A stretch of 64,000 bases of DNA from Candidatus Eiseniibacteriota bacterium (GTDB lineage Bacteria > Eisenbacteria > RBG-16-71-46 > JABDJR01): positions 960,001 through 1,024,000 of the forward strand of contig CAWANH010000028.1 in assembly GCA_963783375.1 (NCBI GenBank), read 5' to 3'. The translations under genes and the position numbers were made by a program. Of the stretch, positions 15,799 through 25,212 are shown in pieces. Position 1 is the first letter of the stretch. Each line of letters starts with the position of its first letter. A model generated the notes under the pieces. The model made no database searches. It worked only from the letters and a program-made list of their open reading frames with translations, and was not told the origin of the DNA.

Positions 15799-18645
15799 AT
15801 GGCCAAACGAACCAGCAAGACCAACCCCGAAGGCGGAGCCGCGCCGCGGCCGTCCGGGCGGCGTCGGAAGGGGGCCAACCTGGAGGGTGGCCTTCGTTTC
15901 GAGCGGCGCTTCACCCGGCCCGGCGTGGATCCCATGAGTGAGATCGAGTGGGAGACCCGCAACGCCCTGATCGTCAACGAGCGGGGCGAAACCGTCTTTG
16001 AACAGAAGAACGTGGAGATTCCCAAGCCCTGGTCCATGACCGCCACCAACGTGGTGGTCTCCAAGTACTTTCGGGGGAACCTGGGAACCCCCGAGCGCGA
16101 GCGCAGCGTCCGCCAGCTCCTCTCCCGGGTGGCGGACACGATCACCGGTTGGGGCGAGGATGGAGGGTACTTCGCCTCGACCGGGGACCGCGACGTCTTC
16201 CACGACGAGCTCATGCACCTGATGCTGAACCAGAAGATGGCCTTCAACAGCCCGGTGTGGTTCAACGTCGGCGTGGTGGAGAAGCCCCAGTGCTCGGCCT
16301 GCTTCATCAACTCGGTGGAAGACTCCATGGACTCGATCCTGGAGCTGGCCAAGACCGAGGGCATGCTCTTCAAGTGGGGGTCGGGGACCGGAAGCAACCT
16401 GTCCAAGATCCGCTCTTCCCGGGAGAAGCTCCGGGGGGGCGGCACCGCTTCGGGACCGGTCTCGTTCATGAAGGGCTACGACGCCTTCGCCGGGGTGATC
16501 AAGTCGGGGGGGAAGACCCGGCGCGCGGCCAAGATGGTGATCCTGGACGTGAAGCACCCCGACGTCATGGAGTTCATCCGCTCCAAGGAGGTCGAGGAGA
16601 AGAAGGCCTGGGCGCTGATCGAAGCGGGCTACGACGGCGGCTTCAACGTCCCCGGCGGGGCCTACGACTCGGTCTTCTATCAGAACGCCAACCACAGCGT
16701 GCGGGTGACCGACGAGTTCATGGACTCGGTGGAGCGGGACGGCGACTGGAGCACCCGGAGCGTGCTTGACGGAGACCCCACCGACACCTATCGGGCCCGG
16801 GACGTGCTTCGGGCCATCGCCGAAGCCACCCACGTCTGCGGCGATCCCGGCATGCAGTTCGACACCACGATCAATCGCTGGCACACCTGCAAGAACACCG
16901 ACCGCATCTACGCCTCGAACCCGTGCAGCGAGTACATGTTTCTTGACGACACCGCCTGCAACCTGGCGTCGTTGAACCTGAAGCAGTTCGTGGATCCCGG
17001 GGGGCGGTTCGACGTGGCCGGATTCGGGCACGCGGTGGACGTGACCATCACCGCCATGGAGATCCTGGTCGGGAGCGCTTCCTATCCCACCCCCAGGATC
17101 GCCGAGAACAGCCGCCGCTTCCGGCCCCTGGGCCTGGGCTACGCCAACCTGGGCGCCCTGCTCATGAGCTGGGGCATTCCCTACGACAGCGATCAGGGGC
17201 GGGCGGTGGCCGCCGCGCTCACCGCGCTCATGTGCGGCCAGGCGTATGCGACGTCGGCCCGGGTGGCCGCCCAGCTCGGTCCCTTCGATGATTACGGATC
17301 GAACGAGGCCCCCATGCTCGAGGTGATCGACATGCACCGCCGGGCGGTGGAGGACATCGACCCCAAGCCGGTTCCCGCCGAGATCCTGTCCGCGGCCCGC
17401 GAGTCCTGGACCCGCGCCCGGACCCTGGGCGGGGAGTACGGTTTCCGGAACAGCCAGGCCACCGTGCTCGCGCCCACCGGGACCATCGGGTTCCTCATGG
17501 ACTGCGACACCACCGGGGTGGAGCCGGAGCTGGCCCTGGTGAAGTACAAGAAGCTGGTGGGCGGCGGGGTGATGAAGATCGTGAACCAGACCGTGGAGTC
17601 CGCCCTGGAGCGGCTCGGCTACACTCCCGCCGAGCGGAGCCGGATTCTCGAGGCCATCGAGGAGACCGGGACCATCGAGGGGGCCCCGGGGTTGCGCGAC
17701 GAGCACCTGCCGGTCTTCGACTGTTCCTTCACCCCCGCCGGCGGCGCCCGCTCCATCCATTACACGGGGCATCTCCGGATGATGGCCGCGGTCCAGCCGT
17801 TCCTCTCCGGGGCCATTTCCAAGACCATCAACATGCCCTCCCCGGTCACCGTCGAGGAGATCACCGACGCCTACCTGGCCGCCTGGAAGCTGGGGCTGAA
17901 GGCGGTGGCGCTCTATCGCGACGGCTCCAAGCGCACCCAGCCCCTCTCCACCCGGAAGGACACGGGCAAGACGGCCGAGGCCTCGGCGGCCGGCGCTCCG
18001 GCCGACGTCACCCCTCGCGCCTATCGCCGGCGACTGCCCGACGAGCGGCAGGCCATCACCCACAAGTTCTCCATCGGCGGCCACGAAGGCTACCTCACGG
18101 TGGGGATGTACGAGGATGGGACCCCCGGCGAGATCTTCGTGGTGATGTCCAAGGAAGGGAGCGTGGTGAGCGGGCTCATGGACGGCTTCGCCACCGCCAT
18201 CTCCATGGCCCTCCAGTACGGGGTGCCCCTGCACGTCCTGGTCAACAAGTTCAGCCACATGCGCTTCGAGCCCTCCGGCTTCACCAACAACCAGGAAATC
18301 CCGATTGCAAAGTCGATCTTGGATTACATCTTCCGGTGGTTGGCCAGCCGGTTCCTCTCGGACGCCGATCAGGCCCAGGTGGGGATCCAGAAGCAGGACT
18401 GGGGAGCCGGGGAGACCGAGGAGGCGGCGCCCGGGACCGCCGGACCGGAGGCGGGAACCGCGCCCAACGGAAACGGACACGGGCAAATCGGTGGGAACGG
18501 GCACGTGAAGGGGGTGGGCGAGAGCACCTTCGCCTTCGTCCTGCAGGAAGACGCCCCACCGTGCCACGAATGCGGTACGATCATGGTCCGAGGCGGTTCC
18601 TGCTACAAGTGCCTGAACTGCGGAGCCACCAGCGGCTGCAGTTGA
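15799..18645 (+). CDS. nrdJ: Class II vitamin B12-dependent ribonucleotide reductase (single chain, C-terminal TSCPD and Zn-finger)
   Basis: FNSPVWFN, QCSACFI, SNPCSEY, ACNLASLNL, APTGTIG; C-terminal CHEC...CYKCLNCGATSGCS. Confidence 0.95.
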   Translation: MAKRTSKTNPEGGAAPRPSGRRRKGANLEGGLRFERRFTRPGVDPMSEIEWETRNALIVNERGETVFEQKNVEIPKPWSMTATNVVVSKYFRGNLGTPERERSVRQLLSRVADTITGWGEDGGYFASTGDRDVFHDELMHLMLNQKMAFNSPVWFNVGVVEKPQCSACFINSVEDSMDSILELAKTEGMLFKWGSGTGSNLSKIRSSREKLRGGGTASGPVSFMKGYDAFAGVIKSGGKTRRAAKMVILDVKHPDVMEFIRSKEVEEKKAWALIEAGYDGGFNVPGGAYDSVFYQNANHSVRVTDEFMDSVERDGDWSTRSVLDGDPTDTYRARDVLRAIAEATHVCGDPGMQFDTTINRWHTCKNTDRIYASNPCSEYMFLDDTACNLASLNLKQFVDPGGRFDVAGFGHAVDVTITAMEILVGSASYPTPRIAENSRRFRPLGLGYANLGALLMSWGIPYDSDQGRAVAAALTALMCGQAYATSARVAAQLGPFDDYGSNEAPMLEVIDMHRRAVEDIDPKPVPAEILSAARESWTRARTLGGEYGFRNSQATVLAPTGTIGFLMDCDTTGVEPELALVKYKKLVGGGVMKIVNQTVESALERLGYTPAERSRILEAIEETGTIEGAPGLRDEHLPVFDCSFTPAGGARSIHYTGHLRMMAAVQPFLSGAISKTINMPSPVTVEEITDAYLAAWKLGLKAVALYRDGSKRTQPLSTRKDTGKTAEASAAGAPADVTPRAYRRRLPDERQAITHKFSIGGHEGYLTVGMYEDGTPGEIFVVMSKEGSVVSGLMDGFATAISMALQYGVPLHVLVNKFSHMRFEPSGFTNNQEIPIAKSILDYIFRWLASRFLSDADQAQVGIQKQDWGAGETEEAAPGTAGPEAGTAPNGNGHGQIGGNGHVKGVGESTFAFVLQEDAPPCHECGTIMVRGGSCYKCLNCGATSGCS

Positions 18646-18743
18646 GGCCATCGGGTTTCCGGACCGAGGACTTTCGGGTCATTGCGTAGCGGAAGCCCGC
18701 GACGATTGCGGAAGCGGAGGCCCCTTGAGCCCGCCTCTCGGGT

Positions 18744-21071
18744 TCAGGGGGCCGAAGCTTTGAGCCGGGAAGCGAGCTCCGGATCCCCGGTCCGCTCGAG
18801 CCCCTCGCGCCACGTCCGCCGGGCCTCCCGGTCCTTGCCTTCGGCGGCGAGGACGTCCCCCAGGGCGGCGTACCCCTCCCCAAGGTCCGGACGCCGCGCC
18901 ACCAGTTCCCGGAGGACGGTTTCGGCCTCGGCCCGCTCATCCAGGCGCATGGCCGCCTCCGCGGCATAGAGCGCCGGCCGCGGATCCCGGCGCTCCAGCT
19001 CCATCGCCCTTCGGAAGTAGCGCGCCGCCTCCTCCCACTTCCCCTCCCCGCGGAAGATCCTTCCCACGATGTACTGGGCGTCCCAGCGATCGGGGAGGAG
19101 GGCGGCGGCGCGAAGGAATCGCTTCCGCGCCTCGGCGGAACGGCCGAGGTCGGAGAGCGCCGTGGCGGCGGTGAGCTCCAGGTCGCCGTCGTCGGGATGG
19201 GCGTCGAGGCCTCGTTCCGCCACCTCGAGGGCCTCGGCGAGGTGGCCGGTCCGGCGGAGGAGCTCGGCCTGGAGGAGATCGTCGGCCGGGTTGCCCGGAT
19301 CCAGGTCCCGGGCCCGATCGATGGCCGCCCGGGCCCCGGTGGGACGGCCCGCCGCGGTGAGCCCCCCGGCCAGCTCCCGCCAGCGATCCGGGTTCCGGGG
19401 ATCCGCGCGGGCGGCCCGGCGGGCGAAGGCCTCCCCGGCCTCGGCGTTTCGGGCGAGGATCAGCCAGTTGGGTTCGGGGAGGGGCCTCGAGGTTCCCGCC
19501 GGGGCCCGTTCCGGCGCCGGTTTCCGCGCGAAGAATCCCCCCGCCCAGGTGGTGTCGAGGGCGGCGAAGCCGGCGCGGTAGGTCCAGAGGCTGTCGGCAT
19601 GGAGCCGGGGGAGGGTGAGATCGGGAGCCGGGGAGGGGGCGTAATGAGAATCCCAGAAGAGGAGCGCGCCGGGAGCGGCGTTGCCGACCCCGGCCAGGGC
19701 GGGAAATCGCGTCCGGTCGTGGGGGTCGGCGCCGAGGAAGTAGGCGAGAAGGGGGTGGGCGGCATACACCGGTGCCCCCGCTCCGGCGTCCCGAAGCCAC
19801 CCCGCCGCGGTCCCGACCGCCCGTTCCTCAGCGGTGGGGGCCAGATGGAGGGTCGGTCCGTGGTACCGCGCGAGCCCGGCGGCGGCCAGGGCCAGGACGA
19901 GGGCCGGCGCCCATCTTCGTCCCGCGACGGGAAGGGCGAAGAGCGCGAGCCAGAGGGCGGCCGCTCCGGCGGGAAGCCAGATGGCGCGGGTCAGGCGAAG
20001 GTAGTCCCCGAGGTAGGGGTGGTTCCAGAGGAGCACCGACCCCGCGGCGTAGAGGACGAGGGCGGCGGCGGCGGGAGAGCGTCGGGCGCGGAGCCGCTCG
20101 AGCCCCGCGGCGGCCAGGATCGCGGCGGCGGGGGCGGCCAGAGCGAGGTAGCGGAGGTTCCCCCCGGTGGCCGGCACCCCGCCGGCCAGGACGGTGTAGA
20201 TGGCCAGAAGCGCCAGGGCGGTGACCGCCGCCGCCGTCTCGGCCCGGGCGCGGAGATCGCCCCGGCTTCCCGGGAGCCGCCGGCCGGGGAAAACGCCGTC
20301 CCCGAGCCGCCCCAGGAGACCCAGAAGCACCGGGAACGATGCGCCGAGGCCCAGCACCCAGACCAGGCTCCTCACATAGTGGAGCGGCTCGCGGAGGGCG
20401 TAGGCCGGACCCTCGGTCTGGTGCAGGAGCCAGAGGGGGTCGGCATGGACCGCCCCCCCCAGGATCCCCCAGACGATCACGCCCAGGGGGAGGACCCCTC
20501 CGAGCCCCCGGCGACCGTCCCGCCAGAGGGAGATCCCCACCAGCGGCCAGAGCGCCACGGTCTCGGGACGAACCAGCGGAAGCAGGGCGCCGACCGCGGC
20601 CAGGAGCCCGGCGCGCCGTTCCGCCACCGCGAGGAGCCCGAAGGCCAGGAGCGCCGCGGCCAAAGGCTCGGTCATCACGGTCCCGGAGAGGGCGAGGTAG
20701 AAGGGCTGGACGAGGAGAAGGACCGGGACCCATCCGGCCCCGAGCCACCCCGCCCGGGTGACGAGGCGGGCGACCGCCCAGGCGGCGGTCCCGGTGGCCA
20801 GCGCGGCGGCGAGCCGGGCCCCCAGGAGGCCGGCCTGGGCCGGAAGCGCGTAGAAGAGGGTGGGGAGGGGGCGCCCGGCGAAGCTCAGGAGATCTCCGGG
20901 GTGGGCGAAGGCGAAGCGGGCGAGCAGGAAGTGCACCGCCTCCTCATCCCCGGCCAGCCCGCGGGCGGCCAGGGCGAGGACCGCGGCGACCAGGAAGGCG
21001 ATTGCGGCGGCGGCGGCCGGGATCGCGGGCCGGGACCCGGATCCGGGCACGGGTGGAGAGGGATCGATCAC
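18744..21071 (-). CDS. Multi-TM membrane protein (GT-C glycosyltransferase-like) with C-terminal TPR repeats
   Basis: About ten hydrophobic segments; DEE loop after TM1; TEPL and RPE motifs; several TPR-like helical repeats; GTG start inferred. Confidence 0.62.
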   Translation of the reverse strand: MIDPSPPVPGSGSRPAIPAAAAAIAFLVAAVLALAARGLAGDEEAVHFLLARFAFAHPGDLLSFAGRPLPTLFYALPAQAGLLGARLAAALATGTAAWAVARLVTRAGWLGAGWVPVLLLVQPFYLALSGTVMTEPLAAALLAFGLLAVAERRAGLLAAVGALLPLVRPETVALWPLVGISLWRDGRRGLGGVLPLGVIVWGILGGAVHADPLWLLHQTEGPAYALREPLHYVRSLVWVLGLGASFPVLLGLLGRLGDGVFPGRRLPGSRGDLRARAETAAAVTALALLAIYTVLAGGVPATGGNLRYLALAAPAAAILAAAGLERLRARRSPAAAALVLYAAGSVLLWNHPYLGDYLRLTRAIWLPAGAAALWLALFALPVAGRRWAPALVLALAAAGLARYHGPTLHLAPTAEERAVGTAAGWLRDAGAGAPVYAAHPLLAYFLGADPHDRTRFPALAGVGNAAPGALLFWDSHYAPSPAPDLTLPRLHADSLWTYRAGFAALDTTWAGGFFARKPAPERAPAGTSRPLPEPNWLILARNAEAGEAFARRAARADPRNPDRWRELAGGLTAAGRPTGARAAIDRARDLDPGNPADDLLQAELLRRTGHLAEALEVAERGLDAHPDDGDLELTAATALSDLGRSAEARKRFLRAAALLPDRWDAQYIVGRIFRGEGKWEEAARYFRRAMELERRDPRPALYAAEAAMRLDERAEAETVLRELVARRPDLGEGYAALGDVLAAEGKDREARRTWREGLERTGDPELASRLKASAP

Positions 21072-21288
21072 GGGGAGGATTGTAGCGAGCCCCGGCCCGG
21101 AGGTCACCGAGGCGGTTTCTCTCCGGACGGCGGGCGAATCCTGACCGGAGCGCTTCACCAATTGATAACCCAATGAACCAAAACAGATTAGAAAATCGTA
21201 CCAGGACATGAGTTCCGGGAGACGGCCTTGACGGGAGCTGTGCTAAACTCGACCCGAACCCCCAGGTTTCCAAGGTGGGAAAAACGAC

Positions 21289-21768
21289 ATGAACTTCTCG
21301 ATTACGCGTCGCGGCGACTACGGACTGATCTCCATTCTCTACCTGGCGCGGAAGAAGCCCGGTGAGCTGACCCAGATCCACGAGGTGGCCACCCATTGCC
21401 GGCTACCCGAACCGTTCCTGGCTCAAATCCTGCGCCTCCTGGTGCGGGGTGGGCTCGTGCAGTCGAAGAAGGGGGTCCGAGGCGGCTTCTCGCTGGCCCG
21501 CAAGCCCGAGGAAATCAGCTTCCTTGAGGTGCTGGAAGCTCTCGAGGGCCCGGTGGCGGTGAACCGCTGTCAGAGCCCGGTTGTGCACTGCGATCACGAG
21601 GGAAGCTGCGCCATGGAGTTCATCTGGACCCGCGCCCAGGACGCGCTGGTCAAGGTGCTCAGCGAATCGAATCTGACCGAGGCCTATTGCCCCGGCCATT
21701 TCCCGTTCGTTCCCGCGAGCGGCAAGCTTTCCGAATCGGCCGACGAGGAGATCACCGCCCGTTCCTGA
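21289..21768 (+). CDS. Rrf2-family regulator (IscR/NsrR-like, three Cys)
   Basis: DYGL, FLAQIL..L...GLVQS.KG..GGF.LA, EVLEALEG, Cx6Cx5C. Confidence 0.9.
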   Translation: MNFSITRRGDYGLISILYLARKKPGELTQIHEVATHCRLPEPFLAQILRLLVRGGLVQSKKGVRGGFSLARKPEEISFLEVLEALEGPVAVNRCQSPVVHCDHEGSCAMEFIWTRAQDALVKVLSESNLTEAYCPGHFPFVPASGKLSESADEEITARS

Positions 21769-21786
21769 TTCGGTCCTCGAGGCCGG

Positions 21787-22944
21787 ATGACGCGAACCAT
21801 CTACCTGGACCACCACGCCACCACCCCGCTCGATCCGCGGGCCCTGGAGGCGATGATGCCGTATTTGACCGCGGAATTCGGAAACCCCGCCAGCGCCACT
21901 CATGAATTCGGGCGTCGCGCCCGCGCCGCGACGGAGGAAGCCCGGGCCTCGGTGGCCCGGCTCCTCGGCGCCCGCCCCGAAGAAATCACCTTCACCGCCG
22001 GCGCCACCGAGGCCAACAACCTCGCGCTGAAGGGGGCGGCCCGCCGCGCCCGGAAGCGCGGCGGGGGATCGCATCTCGTGACCACTTCCCTGGAGCACGA
22101 GTCGGTGGCCTACTCCATGCGCGCGCTCGAGGAGGAGGGCTTCACGCTCACCGTGGCGGCGCCGGAACCCGACGGCATCGTGAGCGCGGCGGCGGTGGAG
22201 CGCGCGATCCGTCCCGACACCGTGATCCTCTCGGCATGCTGGGTGAACGGGGAGATCGGCACCGTCCAACCGGTGGCCGGCCTGGCCGCCCTCTGCCGCG
22301 AGCGCGGCATCCTCTTCCACACCGACGCCACCCAGGGGATCGGCAAGCTTCCCCTCGACGTTCATGCCGCGGGGATCCATCTCCTGTCCCTGAGCGCCCA
22401 CAAGTTCTACGGCCCCAAGGGCGTGGGTGCGCTCTTCCACGAGGACGGCGTGGACCTGGAGCCTCTGTTCTCCGGAGGGGGGCAGGAGGGGGGGCTCCGG
22501 CCCGGAACCCTGAACGTGCCCGGGATCGTGGGGCTGGGAGCGATCGCCGCCATTCGTTCTGCCGAGATGGCCGAGGAGGCGGAGCGGCTCACCGCCCTCC
22601 GGAACGCGCTCTGGGCGGGTATCCGCGAGCGCGTTCCCGATGCCCGGCTGAACGGCGACCCCGAGCGCCGCCTTCCCGGGAATCTCAACGTCTCCTTCCC
22701 CGGCATCTCCGGCGAGGAGCTGCTCCGCGCCCTCGACCGGTTCGCGCTCTCCACCGGCTCAGCCTGCCGGAGCGCCGAGCGCGCGCCGTCGGAGATCCTG
22801 GGGGCGCTGGGCCTGGACTACGATCTCGCCGCCTCGACCGTGCGCTTCGGCCTCGGTCGCGCCACCACCCCCGAACAGGTGGAGCGCCTCCTCGCCGATC
22901 TCGGCGAGGCGGTCCGTCGCCTCCGCCCCCGGATCGCACCATGA
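21787..22944 (+). CDS. iscS: Cysteine desulfurase (IscS/NifS type)
   Basis: YLDHHATTP, FGNPAS, SAHKFYGPKG (PLP Lys), GGGQE, STGSAC (catalytic Cys). Confidence 0.9.
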   Translation: MTRTIYLDHHATTPLDPRALEAMMPYLTAEFGNPASATHEFGRRARAATEEARASVARLLGARPEEITFTAGATEANNLALKGAARRARKRGGGSHLVTTSLEHESVAYSMRALEEEGFTLTVAAPEPDGIVSAAAVERAIRPDTVILSACWVNGEIGTVQPVAGLAALCRERGILFHTDATQGIGKLPLDVHAAGIHLLSLSAHKFYGPKGVGALFHEDGVDLEPLFSGGGQEGGLRPGTLNVPGIVGLGAIAAIRSAEMAEEAERLTALRNALWAGIRERVPDARLNGDPERRLPGNLNVSFPGISGEELLRALDRFALSTGSACRSAERAPSEILGALGLDYDLAASTVRFGLGRATTPEQVERLLADLGEAVRRLRPRIAP

Positions 22945-25142
22945 AACAGCTATCGGTTCCGGCCGCCGCCGCCCTCATTCTGGTCTTTCTGCCGCTTCTC
23001 TCCGGAGCGGCGCCCGACGCGCCTCCCGGACTGGCCCCCGTGGTCCGATCGCACCTCGATGAGGCGCGGAGCCTCGGGCTCTACCGCGCCCCCGCCCCGG
23101 ATCGAGTCCACCCCTATCTGGCCCGAATCGCCGCCTCCCGCCCCGCCGAACCGGTCCTGGCCTGGGTGTTCTTCACCGACAAGGGGGTGGGGACGCGCGC
23201 GGGCTTCGACCGGGCGCTCGGGGAGGTCCGCCGGGGCCTCGTGCCCCACGCGCTCCGGCGCCGGGAAGCCCTGGGACCCTCTCTGGGACTCGACTTCCGC
23301 GACCTCCCGGTGAATGCGGACTACGTCGCCCGGCTTCGCGCGGCGGGGTTCACCGTACGGCGGGTGAGCCGGTGGGTGAATGCGGCCAGCATCGAGACCG
23401 GAGCGGGCCGGCTCCCGGGGCTCGCGCGATTTCCCTTCGTGCGCGAGGTGACCCCGGTGCGGGTGCGGACCGGTTTCGGGGAGCCCCTCCCTGAACCCGA
23501 ACCCGCCCGGGGGCCCGGCTCCGCCGCCCCCGGCGTCCTCTCCACCGCCGCCGCGCCCCCCGACACCAGCGAGGCCGCCTTCTACGGGGCGTCGCTGAAG
23601 CAACTCGACCAGATCCAGGCCCTGGATCTCCAGCGCCTGGGGTACTCGGGCGCCGGGGTGCGGGTGATGATGATCGACACCGGATTCCACAAGACCCATC
23701 CCGCCTTTGCGGTCGCGGACCTCGTGGCCGAGTACGATTTCATCCAGGAGGACGGCGACACCCACGACGGGCCGGGAGACGTGGCCGGGCAGGAGTACCA
23801 CGGCACCGGGACCTGGGGAACCCTGGGGGGCTACGCCCCCGGGAACCTCATCGGCCCCGCCTTCGCCGCGCAGTTCGTGCTGGCCAAGACCGAGGACATC
23901 TCCCAGGAAGTGCACGCCGAGGAGGACAACTACGTGGCCGCCCTGGAGTGGGGGGACAGCCTGGGGGTGGACGTCACCAGCGCGAGCCTCGGCTACTGGA
24001 CCTTCGACGATTCGACCGGATACGGGCCCGCGGACATGGACGGGAACACCGGGGTGATCACCATCGCGGTGGACGTCGCGGTGGCCAAGGGGATCTGCTG
24101 CGTGAACGCGGCGGGAAACACCGGCCCCGGCGCCACCACCATCGGCACCCCCGCCGACGCGGACAGCGTGATCTCGGTGGGGGCGGTGGACTCCACCGGG
24201 GTCATCCAGGGCTTCTCCAGCCGGGGACCGACCGCCGACGGCCGCATCAAACCCGAAATCTGCGCCCGGGGGCGGAACACGGTCTGGGCGCAGGCCTGGA
24301 GCCTGGGTTACGGCGCCGCCAACGGCACCAGCCTGGCTACTCCGCTGGTGGGCGGCCTGGCTGCGCTGGTGAAGGAGGCGCACCCGGAGTGGACGGGCTG
24401 GGACATCCGGCAGGCCCTGGTCGCCACCGGCACCCAAACCGCGACCCCGGACAACGCCTACGGCTACGGGATCGCCCGGGGACTCGCCGCGGTCGGGTAC
24501 ACCGGTAACGGCGGCCTGGGATCGGCCCCCCCGCGGATGACCCTGCCCTTCGCGCTTATCGCTCCCGCCGACAGCGCGGTCGTCGGCGCGTGGCCCCCGG
24601 TCCTCACCTGGAGCGCCTCGACCGCGGCCCAACCCGGGGACGCCGCCCACTACACGGTGTTCACGGCCACCAGCGCCGACTTCGCCGGAGCCTCGAGCTT
24701 CGATGCGGGAACCGACACCAGCTACGCCCTCACCGGCGCCCTCACTCCCGGCCAGACCTATTGGTGGAAGGTCGAGGCGGTGGGGGACTCGGGCTACGTC
24801 CGGAGAAGCCGGAACAACCGTCTCTTCACCCTCGCCGCCACCGTCGCGGTGGGACCGATCCCGAAGCCCGGCACGATCGCCCTGACCGCCCTTCCCAATC
24901 CCATGCGGGGTTCGGCGGAGCTGGGTTTCCGGCTTCCCGCCGGGGAGGCGGGAGCGATCGAGGTGTTCTCGGTGACCGGACGGCGCATCCGCCGGTTCGA
25001 AGTCCTCGGCTCGGGGGCCGGGGCCACGGTGCGCTGGGACGGACGTGATGCGGCGGGGCGCGAGGTTTCCTCCGGCGTCTACTTCGTGCGCCTCGGCTCG
25101 GCACCGGGTTCCGTGGTGCGGCGGCTGGTGCGGCTCCCCTGA
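22941..25142 (+). CDS. Secreted S8 subtilase with C-terminal FlgD-Ig domain
   Basis: Signal peptide; triad motifs IDTG, HGTG, GTSLATP; AAGN; PNP...WDGRDAAG..VSSGVYFVRL; ATGA overlap with iscS. Confidence 0.88.
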   Translation: MKQLSVPAAAALILVFLPLLSGAAPDAPPGLAPVVRSHLDEARSLGLYRAPAPDRVHPYLARIAASRPAEPVLAWVFFTDKGVGTRAGFDRALGEVRRGLVPHALRRREALGPSLGLDFRDLPVNADYVARLRAAGFTVRRVSRWVNAASIETGAGRLPGLARFPFVREVTPVRVRTGFGEPLPEPEPARGPGSAAPGVLSTAAAPPDTSEAAFYGASLKQLDQIQALDLQRLGYSGAGVRVMMIDTGFHKTHPAFAVADLVAEYDFIQEDGDTHDGPGDVAGQEYHGTGTWGTLGGYAPGNLIGPAFAAQFVLAKTEDISQEVHAEEDNYVAALEWGDSLGVDVTSASLGYWTFDDSTGYGPADMDGNTGVITIAVDVAVAKGICCVNAAGNTGPGATTIGTPADADSVISVGAVDSTGVIQGFSSRGPTADGRIKPEICARGRNTVWAQAWSLGYGAANGTSLATPLVGGLAALVKEAHPEWTGWDIRQALVATGTQTATPDNAYGYGIARGLAAVGYTGNGGLGSAPPRMTLPFALIAPADSAVVGAWPPVLTWSASTAAQPGDAAHYTVFTATSADFAGASSFDAGTDTSYALTGALTPGQTYWWKVEAVGDSGYVRRSRNNRLFTLAATVAVGPIPKPGTIALTALPNPMRGSAELGFRLPAGEAGAIEVFSVTGRRIRRFEVLGSGAGATVRWDGRDAAGREVSSGVYFVRLGSAPGSVVRRLVRLP

Positions 25143-25212
25143 TCGCGCCGGGTGGTCCGGATCGGCGACGAGGCGGATACAGGCCGCCCGGCCCGGTCCG
25201 CCGTCCGGGCGG

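Noticed and set aside
15778-18651. Long antisense or shadow ORFs (957 aa here; also 25045-27987, 39190-41898, 46400-49462)
   Set aside because: Expected in high-GC DNA opposite real genes; no motifs or RBS
21228-21249. TTGACG...TAAACT promoter before rrf2
   Set aside because: The spacer is only 10 nt, so these cannot be one sigma70 -35/-10 pair
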